A DNA stretch of 51,957 nt from an uncultured Sphingomonadales bacterium. GTDB lineage: Bacteria > Pseudomonadota > Alphaproteobacteria > Sphingomonadales > CAKZYD01. Location: positions 1 to 51,957 of the forward strand of contig CAKZYD010000408.1 of the NCBI GenBank assembly GCA_937884085.1, written 5' to 3'. Every line of letters begins with the position of its first letter. The stretch's first letter is position 1. A model generated the notes under the pieces. That model saw only the letters and a program-made list of their open reading frames with translations. It was not told the origin of the DNA and ran no database searches. Below are positions 21,455 to 32,212 of this stretch, piece by piece. Made by a program: the position numbers and the translations under genes.

Positions 21455-22300
21455 TTAAGGCGCGAGTAGGAAGTCCCGCGTCATTTCTTTGGCTTGCTTT
21501 GAGTTTCGCAGCCAGGTGTGCTGCGCGCGCACCGTATGGAAATGATGCGGCCGCCGCGGCCGCGTTTCCCGCACGGCCACGGTTCCATCGTCATCCCCTT
21601 CGATGAGGGGATTAAAGCCTGCATGCTTCCCGCGCGCGCCGGCAATCACCATCAGGTCGATGTCATTGGGCAAGTCAGGCGCATTTTTCGGCGCCTGCAA
21701 AAAGGTCAGCGGCGGACCGACAATGGGATGAAGCAGCTTTACCTGCGCAAAGAGGCGCGCGATGGACGCCCCGCGCAGTGGCGGCGCCAGCATCACCACC
21801 TTCTCCAGCTTTGGTGCGTCCGGCCAATGGCTTTGCGCGAAGGCGTTACAGAGGACCAGCCCGCCCATGGAGTGGGTGACCGCGTCCAGCCGCTCAACGC
21901 CCTCCAACCGCTCTACCAAGGCGGCAAGACGTCTGCCATGGGTGTTTAAGTCAGCACGCGTGGTAGCATAGTTGATGAGTGCGCAGCTCAGGCCTGCATC
22001 CTGCAAAGTCGTCGCCATTGGCTGCAAGAAGCGCCATGTCGCTAGAAGACCGTGGACCAGCAAGATCAAACGTTTGGGGTTGTCGCCTGGTGCTTCACTC
22101 TGAAGCGCTTCAAAGCAAGCGGCATAGGTACCCTCTTCAATCCGGCGATTTTTAGCATCGATGAGACGGTAATGCTCGTTCGAGGCATTGCGCTGAATGC
22201 GCCATCCGGCCTGCCAATGCACATCGGACCAAAACTGTGCACCGCCAAGGGTATAGGGCCGAAACTTAATATCAAAATCTAAGTCAGGGAAGTCGATCAT
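21455..22300 (-). CDS. Alpha/beta hydrolase (lipase/esterase-like)
   Basis: Nucleophile elbow HSMGG and an oxyanion region LLVHGL. The ATG at 22300 was chosen; the track's TTG at 22378 lies deep inside folA. It overlaps the folA 3' end by 17 nt. Confidence 0.7.
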   Translation of the reverse strand: MIDFPDLDFDIKFRPYTLGGAQFWSDVHWQAGWRIQRNASNEHYRLIDAKNRRIEEGTYAACFEALQSEAPGDNPKRLILLVHGLLATWRFLQPMATTLQDAGLSCALINYATTRADLNTHGRRLAALVERLEGVERLDAVTHSMGGLVLCNAFAQSHWPDAPKLEKVVMLAPPLRGASIARLFAQVKLLHPIVGPPLTFLQAPKNAPDLPNDIDLMVIAGARGKHAGFNPLIEGDDDGTVAVRETRPRRPHHFHTVRAQHTWLRNSKQAKEMTRDFLLAP

Positions 22301-22784
22301 AAACGAGAAAACGGAAGCCGGGGGTCTGTGGACCTGATGGGTATACCTCTTCCGCTGATTTTTGCCATTCCCTCTCAACTAGTTCTGGAAAATAAGTATC
22401 GCCGTCTGGCGCAGCATCCACCTCAGTGAGGTAAATCCGACCCACATGCGGCATGGCAAGCCGGTAAATCTCTGCGCCGCCAATAATCATGATGTCTTCA
22501 GTGCCAGACGCCGCGTCAATGGCATCATCCAGCGTATGAACGACGACGCAACCCTCGGCCGCGAACTGTGTATCGCGGGTCAACACGATGTTTTTCCGGC
22601 CAGGCAAGGGCCGCCCCAAGCTGTCCCAAGTCTTGCGGCCCATGATAATCGGTTTGCCCAGGGTGATGGCTTTAAAGCGTTTGAGGTCTTCCGGCAGGCG
22701 CCACGGCAAATCGCCATCTTTACCAATAACGCCATTGCTGCCGCGGGCAACAATAGCGCTGATGAGGGGAGACCCCTCAGTCAT
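22284..22784 (-). CDS. folA: Dihydrofolate reductase
   Basis: ISAIVARGSNGVIGKDGDLPWRLPEDLKRFKAITLGKPIIMGRKTWDS..., 166 aa. Confidence 0.95.
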   Translation of the reverse strand: MTEGSPLISAIVARGSNGVIGKDGDLPWRLPEDLKRFKAITLGKPIIMGRKTWDSLGRPLPGRKNIVLTRDTQFAAEGCVVVHTLDDAIDAASGTEDIMIIGGAEIYRLAMPHVGRIYLTEVDAAPDGDTYFPELVEREWQKSAEEVYPSGPQTPGFRFLVYDRLP

Positions 22785-23659
22785 TCATACCGCCCAAACT
22801 TCTTTTCAAACTCATAGACCTCGTCAAACCCAATCTCGCTGCAGAAGGCCTTGAAGTCATATTGCGGCGCTGTCAACTGCGCTGGATCGCCCGTCTCGCG
22901 CATCACACGATAGGTTTGGTCTGCCGCGGCCATCATTTGGACGGACGGCAGCGCGGGGAAGATGGCGCAGGCAAAGCCAAGCGCTTTAATCGCTTCAATG
23001 GACTTAATGGGCGTGTCGCCCCCAAAGGCCATATTGACCATATTTGGTCCGTCGACATCGCGACAGATTTGCTCCATCTCTGCATCACTTTGCGGGCCTT
23101 CTACGAAGAGGATATCGGCGCCGGCTTCGCGAAACGCATTCGCCCTCTCCAAGGCCGGGCCAAGGCCCTGCCCTTGCCGGGCATCTGTCCGGGCGATGAT
23201 GAGAAAATCGTCAGATAGCCTTGTGTCGACCGCTACCTTTACCCGGTCCAGCATCTCTTCCAAGGGAACCACTTCCTTATAAGGTGTATGCCCACATTTT
23301 TTTGGGAAGACTTGGTCTTCAAGCTGAATGGCGGTGACACCAGCGCTCTCATAACTCTGCACCGTGCGGCGGACATTGAGAAGACCGCCAAAGCCCGTGT
23401 CTGCATCGGCAATCAATGGCGCTTTGGCGACGCTCGCAATAGCGCGAATACCGTCGAGGAACTCGCTGAGCGTCGCAACGCCCACATCAGCTTGACCAGA
23501 CCGGCTCGCCGTCGTCCAGAAGCCAGAGATATAGAGCGCGTCAAAGCCATATTTGTTGGTAATGATGGTGCTGGTGCAGTCGGGCACGCCAGGAGCGTAG
23601 AAGAATTCTTTTGCGTCAAGTTTCTGTTTTAGTTTTGGATCGGCCATAGTCTCTCTCAA
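22781..23659 (-). CDS. Isocitrate lyase / PEP mutase superfamily enzyme (methylisocitrate-lyase / oxaloacetate-decarboxylase-like)
   Basis: DADTGFGG, EDQVFPKKCGH and IIARTDA motifs. Its stop overlaps the folA ATG (ATGA). Confidence 0.85.
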   Translation of the reverse strand: MRETMADPKLKQKLDAKEFFYAPGVPDCTSTIITNKYGFDALYISGFWTTASRSGQADVGVATLSEFLDGIRAIASVAKAPLIADADTGFGGLLNVRRTVQSYESAGVTAIQLEDQVFPKKCGHTPYKEVVPLEEMLDRVKVAVDTRLSDDFLIIARTDARQGQGLGPALERANAFREAGADILFVEGPQSDAEMEQICRDVDGPNMVNMAFGGDTPIKSIEAIKALGFACAIFPALPSVQMMAAADQTYRVMRETGDPAQLTAPQYDFKAFCSEIGFDEVYEFEKKFGRYE

Positions 23660-23660
23660 G

Positions 23661-24770
23661 CTAGTCCATCACAATGACGGAGCGAATGGCCTCTCCTCTA
23701 TGCATCAAATCAAAGGCTGTATTGATCTCTTCCAGCGGCATTCGGTGGGTGATTAAAGGATCAATCTGAATATCGCCCGACATATACATATCGACGATTT
23801 TTGGCACATCAGTGCGGCCTTTGGCGCCGCCGAAATAAAGCCCTTCAATCTTGCGACCCATGACCAACTCTACGGCAGCAACGGGAATGACATCGGTAGG
23901 CGACGCAACACCGATCGCAAGCGTATGCCCCCAAAACATGTTGCTGGCTCGGATTGCCTGACCAAGCACAGCAGCGACGCCCGTGCATTCAAAACAGGTA
24001 TCTGCGCCGCCGTTCGTCACGCTTTTAATGGCGCCCACGACGTCCTGTTCTGACTTTGCATTGATGAAATGCGTCATGCCGAGCTGGCGGGCGATGCCCT
24101 CACGGTCTGAGTTTATGTCGATGCCAACGATGGTTTCTGCCCCGGCGATACGCGCGCCCTGGATGGCGTTCAGCCCAATGCCGCCCAGGCCAAAGATGGC
24201 GGCACTGCCGCCAGGCCGGATATCTGCCACATAAATCGCTGCGCCCACGCCAGTTGTCACAGCGCAGCCAATTGCGCAGACGCTGTCAAATGGCGCTTCG
24301 GGATTGATCTTGGCCACAGCATTTTCAGGGACGACCGTCATTTCAGCGAAGGTAGACGTGCCAAAGAAGTGGTGAATTGGCTGATTGCCAAGGCGTAACC
24401 GCGTGGTGCGATCCTTCATCAGCCCCTTCATGGGCGCCATCGTATTGCCAATACAGACATTTGTGCGGCCGGACACGCAGTTGGAACAGGTGCCACATTC
24501 AGGCGCATAGAGCGGAATAACGTGATCACCCGGTTTTACGCTGGTGACGCCAGGCCCCACGTCTGCAACGACTCCCGCGCCCTCATGGCCTAGGACTTGC
24601 GGCAGCGCTGCGCCTGGGCCTGTGCCTGTCATGGCAAGGCCGTCTGTATGGCACACACCCGTAGCCTTTAGATCAATGAGCACTTCGCCAGCCTTAGGCC
24701 CGTCAAGCTCAAGCGTTTCGATGACGAGAGGACTATTGGGCTCAAAGGCCACAGCGGCTTTAATCTGCAT
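23661..24770 (-). CDS. Class III-like zinc alcohol dehydrogenase (S-(hydroxymethyl)glutathione dehydrogenase family)
   Basis: GVCHTD, GHEGAGVV, a structural-Zn Cys cluster (CGTCSNCVSGRTNVC), GLGGIGL, and the C-terminus INTAFDLMHRGEAIRSVI. Confidence 0.88.
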   Translation of the reverse strand: MQIKAAVAFEPNSPLVIETLELDGPKAGEVLIDLKATGVCHTDGLAMTGTGPGAALPQVLGHEGAGVVADVGPGVTSVKPGDHVIPLYAPECGTCSNCVSGRTNVCIGNTMAPMKGLMKDRTTRLRLGNQPIHHFFGTSTFAEMTVVPENAVAKINPEAPFDSVCAIGCAVTTGVGAAIYVADIRPGGSAAIFGLGGIGLNAIQGARIAGAETIVGIDINSDREGIARQLGMTHFINAKSEQDVVGAIKSVTNGGADTCFECTGVAAVLGQAIRASNMFWGHTLAIGVASPTDVIPVAAVELVMGRKIEGLYFGGAKGRTDVPKIVDMYMSGDIQIDPLITHRMPLEEINTAFDLMHRGEAIRSVIVMD

Positions 24771-24896
24771 GGATGCGGGTCCTTGTGATGACGCAGAGCA
24801 TCACCCTAGTGTCAGGCGGCAGGTGCATCCAGTATCGCTTTGGAGAGCGTTGCTTACTGCGTCATCGACGGCTGGCCCAACCACCGACGCTCAGGC

Positions 24897-24928
24897 ATGG
24901 GCCTCTGTGACGAGCACAGAGGTGACGG
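24897..24928. repeat. REP-like hairpin element, copy A
   Basis: ATGGG-CCTCTGTG-acgag-CACAGAGG-TGACGG. It is related to two copies at 30861-30962. Confidence 0.8.
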
Positions 24929-24939
24929 GACTGGCGGGG

Positions 24940-25734
24940 CTATACAGCCACAGCCGCTTTGATATGCGGATGCGGCTCATATCCAATGAGCTCAAAGTCC
25001 TCATATTTGAACGCAAATAGGTCTCGCACCTCAGGATTTAGGTGCATCTCCGGCAGCGGCCTTGGCTCCCTGGAGAGCTGTATATCGGCCTGCTCAACAT
25101 GGTTGGCATAAAGGTGCGCATCGCCAAAACTATGGACGAATTCGCCTGGCTTTAGGCCGCAAATCTGCGCCACCATCATAGTGAGCAAAGCATAAGACCC
25201 GATGTTGAAGGGGACGCCCAAAAATATGTCGGCAGAGCGCTGGTAAAGCTGGCACGAGAGCTTGCCCTCAGCGACGAAGAACTGAAACAAACAATGGCAG
25301 GGCGGGAGCGCCATTTGATCCACATCGCCCACATTCCAAGCAGACACCATTAGGCGGCGGGAGTGCGGATTGGTTTGGATCTGCTCCAAGACATTCGCAA
25401 CTTGGTCGACAACGCGGCCATCGCCCGTTTGCCAGCGCCGCCACTGCTTGCCATAAACAGGGCCGAGCTCGCCCTCATCATCAGCCCATTCATCCCAAAT
25501 GGAAACGCCATTCTGCTTCAGATAGCCAATGTTGGTATCGCCGGAGAGAAACCATAAAAGCTCATGAATGATGGACTTCACATGGAGCTTCTTGGTTGTG
25601 ACGAGGGGAAAGCCGTCTGCCAGGTCAAAGCGCATCTGATACCCGAAAACGCCATATGTGCCGGTGCCGGTTCGGTCGTCGCGATAAACGCCGGATTGCC
25701 GCACATGGCGCAAAAGGTCGTGATACTGCTGCAT
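24940..25734 (-). CDS. thyA: Thymidylate synthase ThyA
   Basis: [11 protein letters not shown]...DRTGTGT...LPPCH...DAHLY. The internal ATG at 25734 gives the canonical 264 aa; the track ORF starts at 25830. Confidence 0.95.
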   Translation of the reverse strand: MQQYHDLLRHVRQSGVYRDDRTGTGTYGVFGYQMRFDLADGFPLVTTKKLHVKSIIHELLWFLSGDTNIGYLKQNGVSIWDEWADDEGELGPVYGKQWRRWQTGDGRVVDQVANVLEQIQTNPHSRRLMVSAWNVGDVDQMALPPCHCLFQFFVAEGKLSCQLYQRSADIFLGVPFNIGSYALLTMMVAQICGLKPGEFVHSFGDAHLYANHVEQADIQLSREPRPLPEMHLNPEVRDLFAFKYEDFELIGYEPHPHIKAAVAV

Positions 25735-25825
25735 AAGTCCACCCGCTTTTAGGGTCTTATAGTGTCTGATACACCCGGATGACACAATATATAGTGCGCC
25801 AATATGTTGTGAAAAACGCGGCCTC

Positions 25826-25854
25826 TTCAAATGTTAAGCTTCTGAGCGTATATA
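25826..25854 (+). promoter_or_regulatory. Candidate sigma70-type promoter of ssrA
   Basis: TTCAAA-N17-TATATA would place a transcription start near 25861. That is about 80 nt before the encoded CCA end of the acceptor piece. Confidence 0.4.
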
Positions 25855-25860
25855 GGTCGT

Positions 25861-26270
25861 GTCGTTTCGGCGACTATGGCGATAAACGCGCCGTGCAATA
25901 GGCATATTGGACCCGGGGGCAGTACCCGGCGGCTCCACCATAAGTGTCCTGACCCAATAGGGTCTTTGTGACAGGGTATTTATGATGGGGCCGAACCAGG
26001 ATCGACAAGTGCTGAAAGACGGTTTTGCTTTCGCTCGGTATGATACCACCGTGATGGGTCATTTTTACAAATGCCAATGATAATGAGGCATTCGCTGTTG
26101 CAGCCTAACGATTAGCGCGAGCTAAGACTTAGAATAGCATTAAGCGCGGCCCAGGGGGCGCCGGGCAACAGAAGCCCCCTACCAACAAAGAAGCGGGCGC
26201 CGGGCAACAAAAGCCCTCCACCAATAAAAATGCGGGCGCCAGGCAACACCAGCCCCTTCACTGTGTGCTC
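25861..26270 (+). ncRNA. ssrA: Circularly permuted (two-piece) tmRNA gene; boundaries approximate
   Basis: Order along the gene:
- The acceptor piece ends ...CCGGG-GGCAGTA-CCCGG-CGGCTCC-ACCA at 25940.
- The coding piece starts GGGGCCGAACCAGGATCGAC at 25987.
- 5' GGGGCCG pairs with CGGCTCC, giving a G3:U70 pair.
- The tag ORF at 26073-26108 encodes ANDNEAFAVAA*. Confidence 0.8.
26154..26262 (+). repeat. Three tandem ~39-nt units inside or after the tmRNA coding piece
   Basis: Units start at 26154, 26193 and 26232 and read G(G/C)GGGCGCC(G/A)GGCAACA..AGCCC... Each can fold as GGGC...GCCC. Confidence 0.8.
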
Positions 26271-26528
26271 GCGTGCGTGACATCTGTTTGCGCTACAATC
26301 GCTTTTAGCCGAATATCGGCGCAGTACAGTGCTCCTTTTAAGACCTGTTGCAGCACTTCCATTGGCGCAACCTATCGAAAAATATTGACAGTCTTATTTG
26401 GTGATTTGAACCAGTTTGCATATTTTTGCGTATAGAACTTGAAACCCCAAGTTTTGGGACAACCTAGCAAATAAGGAGTTCGGAGAAGCGTCGTGTGGAA
26501 CTGCTTTTCCAGGTCCTAGAGAACAGAG

Positions 26529-27044
26529 ATGACACGTGAAAATTGGGGCGCGACCATCCCCTATGACGCACTTGTAAAAGATGCGCTCAAGCAGGTCGCC
26601 ATTCGGGTGTTATCAGACGCTGCGGAAGAAGGTCTCCGCGGCGACCATCACTTTTATATAACTTTTTATACAAGCCAGCCGGGCGTTCAAATTCCAAGGC
26701 ATCTGATGGCGAAGTACCCGTCGGAAATGACCATTGTAGTCCAGCATCGATTTTGGGGCCTTAAAGTACACGACGATCATTTTGAAATCGGGTTGAGCTT
26801 CAACCAGAGGCCAGAGCGATTGGTCATACCGTTTGAGGCCATTATTGGATTTGTTGACCCATCGGTTCACTTTGCGTTGCAGTTTGAAACCGAGCGCGCC
26901 GCCGAAGATCAAAACAATGCGGCCTTAATGGACGAAGCGCCGGCAAAGGTGGCTGCGGCTGCCGAACGCGCGAAACCCAGTGAAAAAGGCAGTGATGGCA
27001 ACAACAAGGTTGTCACGCTGGATGCTTTCCGTAAAAAGTCCTGA
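26529..27044 (+). CDS. sspB: ClpXP adaptor SspB (alphaproteobacterial type)
   Basis: Conserved core GDHHFYITFYT..PGVQIP..L...YP.EMTIVVQHRFWGL.V....F...LSF......LVIPF.AI..FVDPSV.F.L.F, followed by a disordered tail. It lies next to ssrA. Confidence 0.75.
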   Translation: MTRENWGATIPYDALVKDALKQVAIRVLSDAAEEGLRGDHHFYITFYTSQPGVQIPRHLMAKYPSEMTIVVQHRFWGLKVHDDHFEIGLSFNQRPERLVIPFEAIIGFVDPSVHFALQFETERAAEDQNNAALMDEAPAKVAAAAERAKPSEKGSDGNNKVVTLDAFRKKS

Positions 27045-27097
27045 CTTTCCGGTGCTCCGCGCCGGTAAGAGTATGACTGGTACAGGAGAGTGGCGCT

Positions 27098-28585
27098 ATG
27101 GCGGTCAAAGTCAAAAAGAGCAGCAAGACAGCAAAGCCTAAGGTAAAATCCAAAAAGGCACTGCTTGCAGAACTGCCGACGTCAAAACTATCGGCGAGCA
27201 AAATCCGCACTGAGAGTGACACCTTCGGCCCCATCGATGTGCCCGCCAATAAGTATTGGGGTGCGCAGACCCAGCGGTCGATCCAGAACTTCCCCATCGG
27301 CACCGAGACGATGCCTGTACCGATCATCCGTGCGCTCGGCATCGTTAAGCAGGCCGCAGCCAAGGCGAATATGCAGCTTGGCAATATGGACAAGAAGACG
27401 GGCAAGGCCATCGTCACCGCTGCTCAAGATGTCATTGACGGGAAGCTGAATGACAATTTCCCTTTGGTAGTTTGGCAGACAGGGTCTGGCACGCAGTCTA
27501 ACATGAATTCTAACGAGGTCATTTCAAACCGGGCTATTGAGCTGCTAGGCGGTAGGCTTGGGACGAAAGACCCGGTCCACCCCAATGACCATTGCAATCG
27601 CTCCCAGTCTTCAAACGATACCTTTCCAACGGCCATGCATGTGGCTGCTGCGGAAGAAGCGGTGCACTCGCTTATCCCTGCCCTCACCTATCTGCGCGCT
27701 GAATTGGCCAAAAAATCCCGCAGCTGGTCGCGCATTATCAAAATCGGCCGCACCCATATGCAGGATGCGACCCCGCTGACCCTGGGCCAAGAGTTCTCCG
27801 GTTATGCACGCCAGATTGAGCTTGGCATCGCCCGCGTGAAAGCCACCTTGCCGCGTGTCTATGAGCTGGCCCAAGGCGGTACGGCGGTTGGCACGGGCCT
27901 GAATTCCAAGCCAGGCTTTGATGTAGCCGTTGCAGATGAGATTGCAAAAATCACGGGCCTACCGTTCAAAACGGCCAAGAACAAATTCGAGAGCCTGGCC
28001 GCGCATGACGCCATGGTGGAACTGTCCGGCGCGCTGAACGTTATCGCTGCATCCCTCATGAAAATCGCAAATGACATCCGCCTCCTCGGCTCCGGCCCCC
28101 GCTGCGGCCTTGGTGAGCTACGCTTACCTGAAAACGAACCAGGCTCATCCATCATGCCAGGCAAGGTGAACCCAACGCAGGCGGAAAGCCTTACCATGGT
28201 GGCAAGCCAGGTCATGGGCAATCATGTCACCGTGACTGTGGCAGGTTCCAACGGCCATATGGAACTCAACGTGTTCAAGCCCGTCATCATCTTCAACGTC
28301 TTGCAATCCATCCGCCTCATCGCGGACGGGGCCCGCTCCTTCACGGACCGCTGCGTCGTGGGCATTGAGCCAAACCGCGAGCGCATTACCAAGCTTATGA
28401 ATGAAAGCCTTATGCTGGTCACAGCCCTGGCGCCGGAAGTCGGCTATGACAATGCAGCCGCCATTGCGAAGAACGCGCATAAGAAAGGCACCACCCTTCT
28501 GGAAAGCGCCTTGGAAATGGGGCTCGTCACGGAAGAACGTTTTTATGAAGTGGTGCGCCCACAGGATATGACTGGCCCTAAATAA
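27098..28585 (+). CDS. fumC: Class II fumarate hydratase with a Lys-rich N-terminal extension
   Basis: [25 protein letters not shown]..., [13 protein letters not shown] (the SS loop). SD GGAGA lies upstream of ATG 27098. Confidence 0.93.
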   Translation: MAVKVKKSSKTAKPKVKSKKALLAELPTSKLSASKIRTESDTFGPIDVPANKYWGAQTQRSIQNFPIGTETMPVPIIRALGIVKQAAAKANMQLGNMDKKTGKAIVTAAQDVIDGKLNDNFPLVVWQTGSGTQSNMNSNEVISNRAIELLGGRLGTKDPVHPNDHCNRSQSSNDTFPTAMHVAAAEEAVHSLIPALTYLRAELAKKSRSWSRIIKIGRTHMQDATPLTLGQEFSGYARQIELGIARVKATLPRVYELAQGGTAVGTGLNSKPGFDVAVADEIAKITGLPFKTAKNKFESLAAHDAMVELSGALNVIAASLMKIANDIRLLGSGPRCGLGELRLPENEPGSSIMPGKVNPTQAESLTMVASQVMGNHVTVTVAGSNGHMELNVFKPVIIFNVLQSIRLIADGARSFTDRCVVGIEPNRERITKLMNESLMLVTALAPEVGYDNAAAIAKNAHKKGTTLLESALEMGLVTEERFYEVVRPQDMTGPK

Positions 28586-28588
28586 TTC

Positions 28589-30860
<2,272 letters not shown>

Positions 30861-30861
<1 letters not shown>

Positions 30862-30896
30862 TCGTCATCTCTGTGCTTGTCACAGAGACCCATTCC
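30861..30896. repeat. REP-like hairpin element, copy B (inverted orientation)
   Basis: GTCGTCA-TCTCTGTG-cttgt-CACAGAGA-CCCATTCC is the reverse complement of the copy A/C consensus. Confidence 0.8.
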
Positions 30897-30926
30897 TGAG
30901 AGGCAAAGGCCCACATTAAACGCTCC

Positions 30927-30962
30927 GGAATGGGCTCCTGTGACGAGCACAGGAGTGACGGA
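30927..30962. repeat. REP-like hairpin element, copy C
   Basis: GGAATGGG-CTCCTGTG-acgag-CACAGGAG-TGACGGA. Together with copy B it forms a ~100-bp composite inverted repeat between ligA and the P450 gene. Confidence 0.8.
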
Positions 30963-30970
30963 GGAGGTTG

Positions 30971-32212
30971 TCAGGCCTTCTTATCAAAGGTGATGTGCAA
31001 GGACTTAAGACCGCGCAGCATCATGTTCGGCATATGCGTCAGGCAGTTCTTGCCTTCCGCCAGCTTGATATTCTCCATCCGGTCGAAGAGGATATCGTAG
31101 GCTACGGCGAGTTCTTTGCGCGATAGCATCTGTCCTACACAGACGTGGATACCCTGGCCGAATGCCATCTGCTTGTTGGCGGTTTTACGGTCGGCAATAA
31201 AGGCACTAGGATTTTCGAACTCCTCAGGGTCACGGCTGCCGGCGGCATAGCGCAGATGGAGCATCGAGCCTTTGGGAATTTGCACGCCCTCAAGCTCCGT
31301 ATCGTCCAAGACCACGCGCCACATGCCTGAGGTGGCCGACTCCAAGCGGAGGATTTCCTCCACCATATTTGGAATGAGCTTCCTGTTATCCCGCGCTTTG
31401 GCTTGCTCAGCGGCATTCTGGATGAGCAGCAGGAGACCGCCCGCCATGGTATTGGTGGTGGTCTCATTGCCGGCCACCATCAGCTGTTGGCAAATGGAAA
31501 GGAGTTCTGCATCCGTGAGCGGCTGTTCGCCATCGATGCGCGCTTGAACAAGATCGGTAAGCAAATCATCTTGTGGATTGGTTTTGCGCGCTTCCAGCTT
31601 TTCAAACATATAGTGCTGGAAGTCGACGACGAGCTGGGCGCACTCAAGCTCACGCTCTTTGCCCATGGTTCCAGCAATGCGGTCCTCGAAGGCATCAGTC
31701 CAGCGCTTGAAGGTTTTCCATTCTGATTTATCGGCGCCCAATTGCTCGGCAATCATCATAACTGGCATGGGGATGGCCATGGACTGCATGAACTCGCATT
31801 CCCCATCATCAATGAACTGGTCAATCAGCGCATTGGCGGTTTGACGCATATAGTCTTCCATCGTGGCCACGCGCTTCATGCTGAAGGCGAGGTTGACCAG
31901 CTAGCGAAAACGGGTGTGGCTTGGCGGGTCGTTAGTCAGCAGCGTGTTGGCTTGAGGCCAGCCTTTTTCTAAGACGGACTGAATCTCAGGGTCTTTCGCG
32001 CTTTGGCCTTCCAGCATGATGCCAAAATTGTTGGAGAACACATCATAGCGTTTCAGGGCGCCGGCGATGATGTCGTATTTGGTGACAAGGAAAATATTTG
32101 TGCCGGGGATGTTGTAGACCGGCGCCTCCTCCATCGCGGCCTGATAGAAATCAAACGGGTCTTCAATCAGCTCTGGATCGAAGAAGTTGTATTCAGAAAG
32201 CGGTTTGTTCAT
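30971..32212 (-). pseudogene. Cytochrome P450 carrying an in-frame TAG (31901-31903)
   Basis: The N-terminal ORF 31901-32212 ends ...NDPPSHTRFR*. The same frame continues LVNLAFSMKRV... into ORF 30971-31879. That ORF has an intact I-helix AGNETT, the ExxR motif (EILRLES) and the haem loop FGQGIHVCVGQ. Confidence 0.9.

Noticed and set aside
25834-26077. Two small minus-strand ORFs (71 and 67 aa)
   Set aside because: They lie antisense across the tmRNA gene. The region is better explained by ssrA (acceptor stem, CCA end, tag frame).
26154-26262. Possible mini-CRISPR array
   Set aside because: There are only three directly abutting 39-nt units with no spacers, no cas genes, and a location inside or adjacent to the tmRNA 3' domain.
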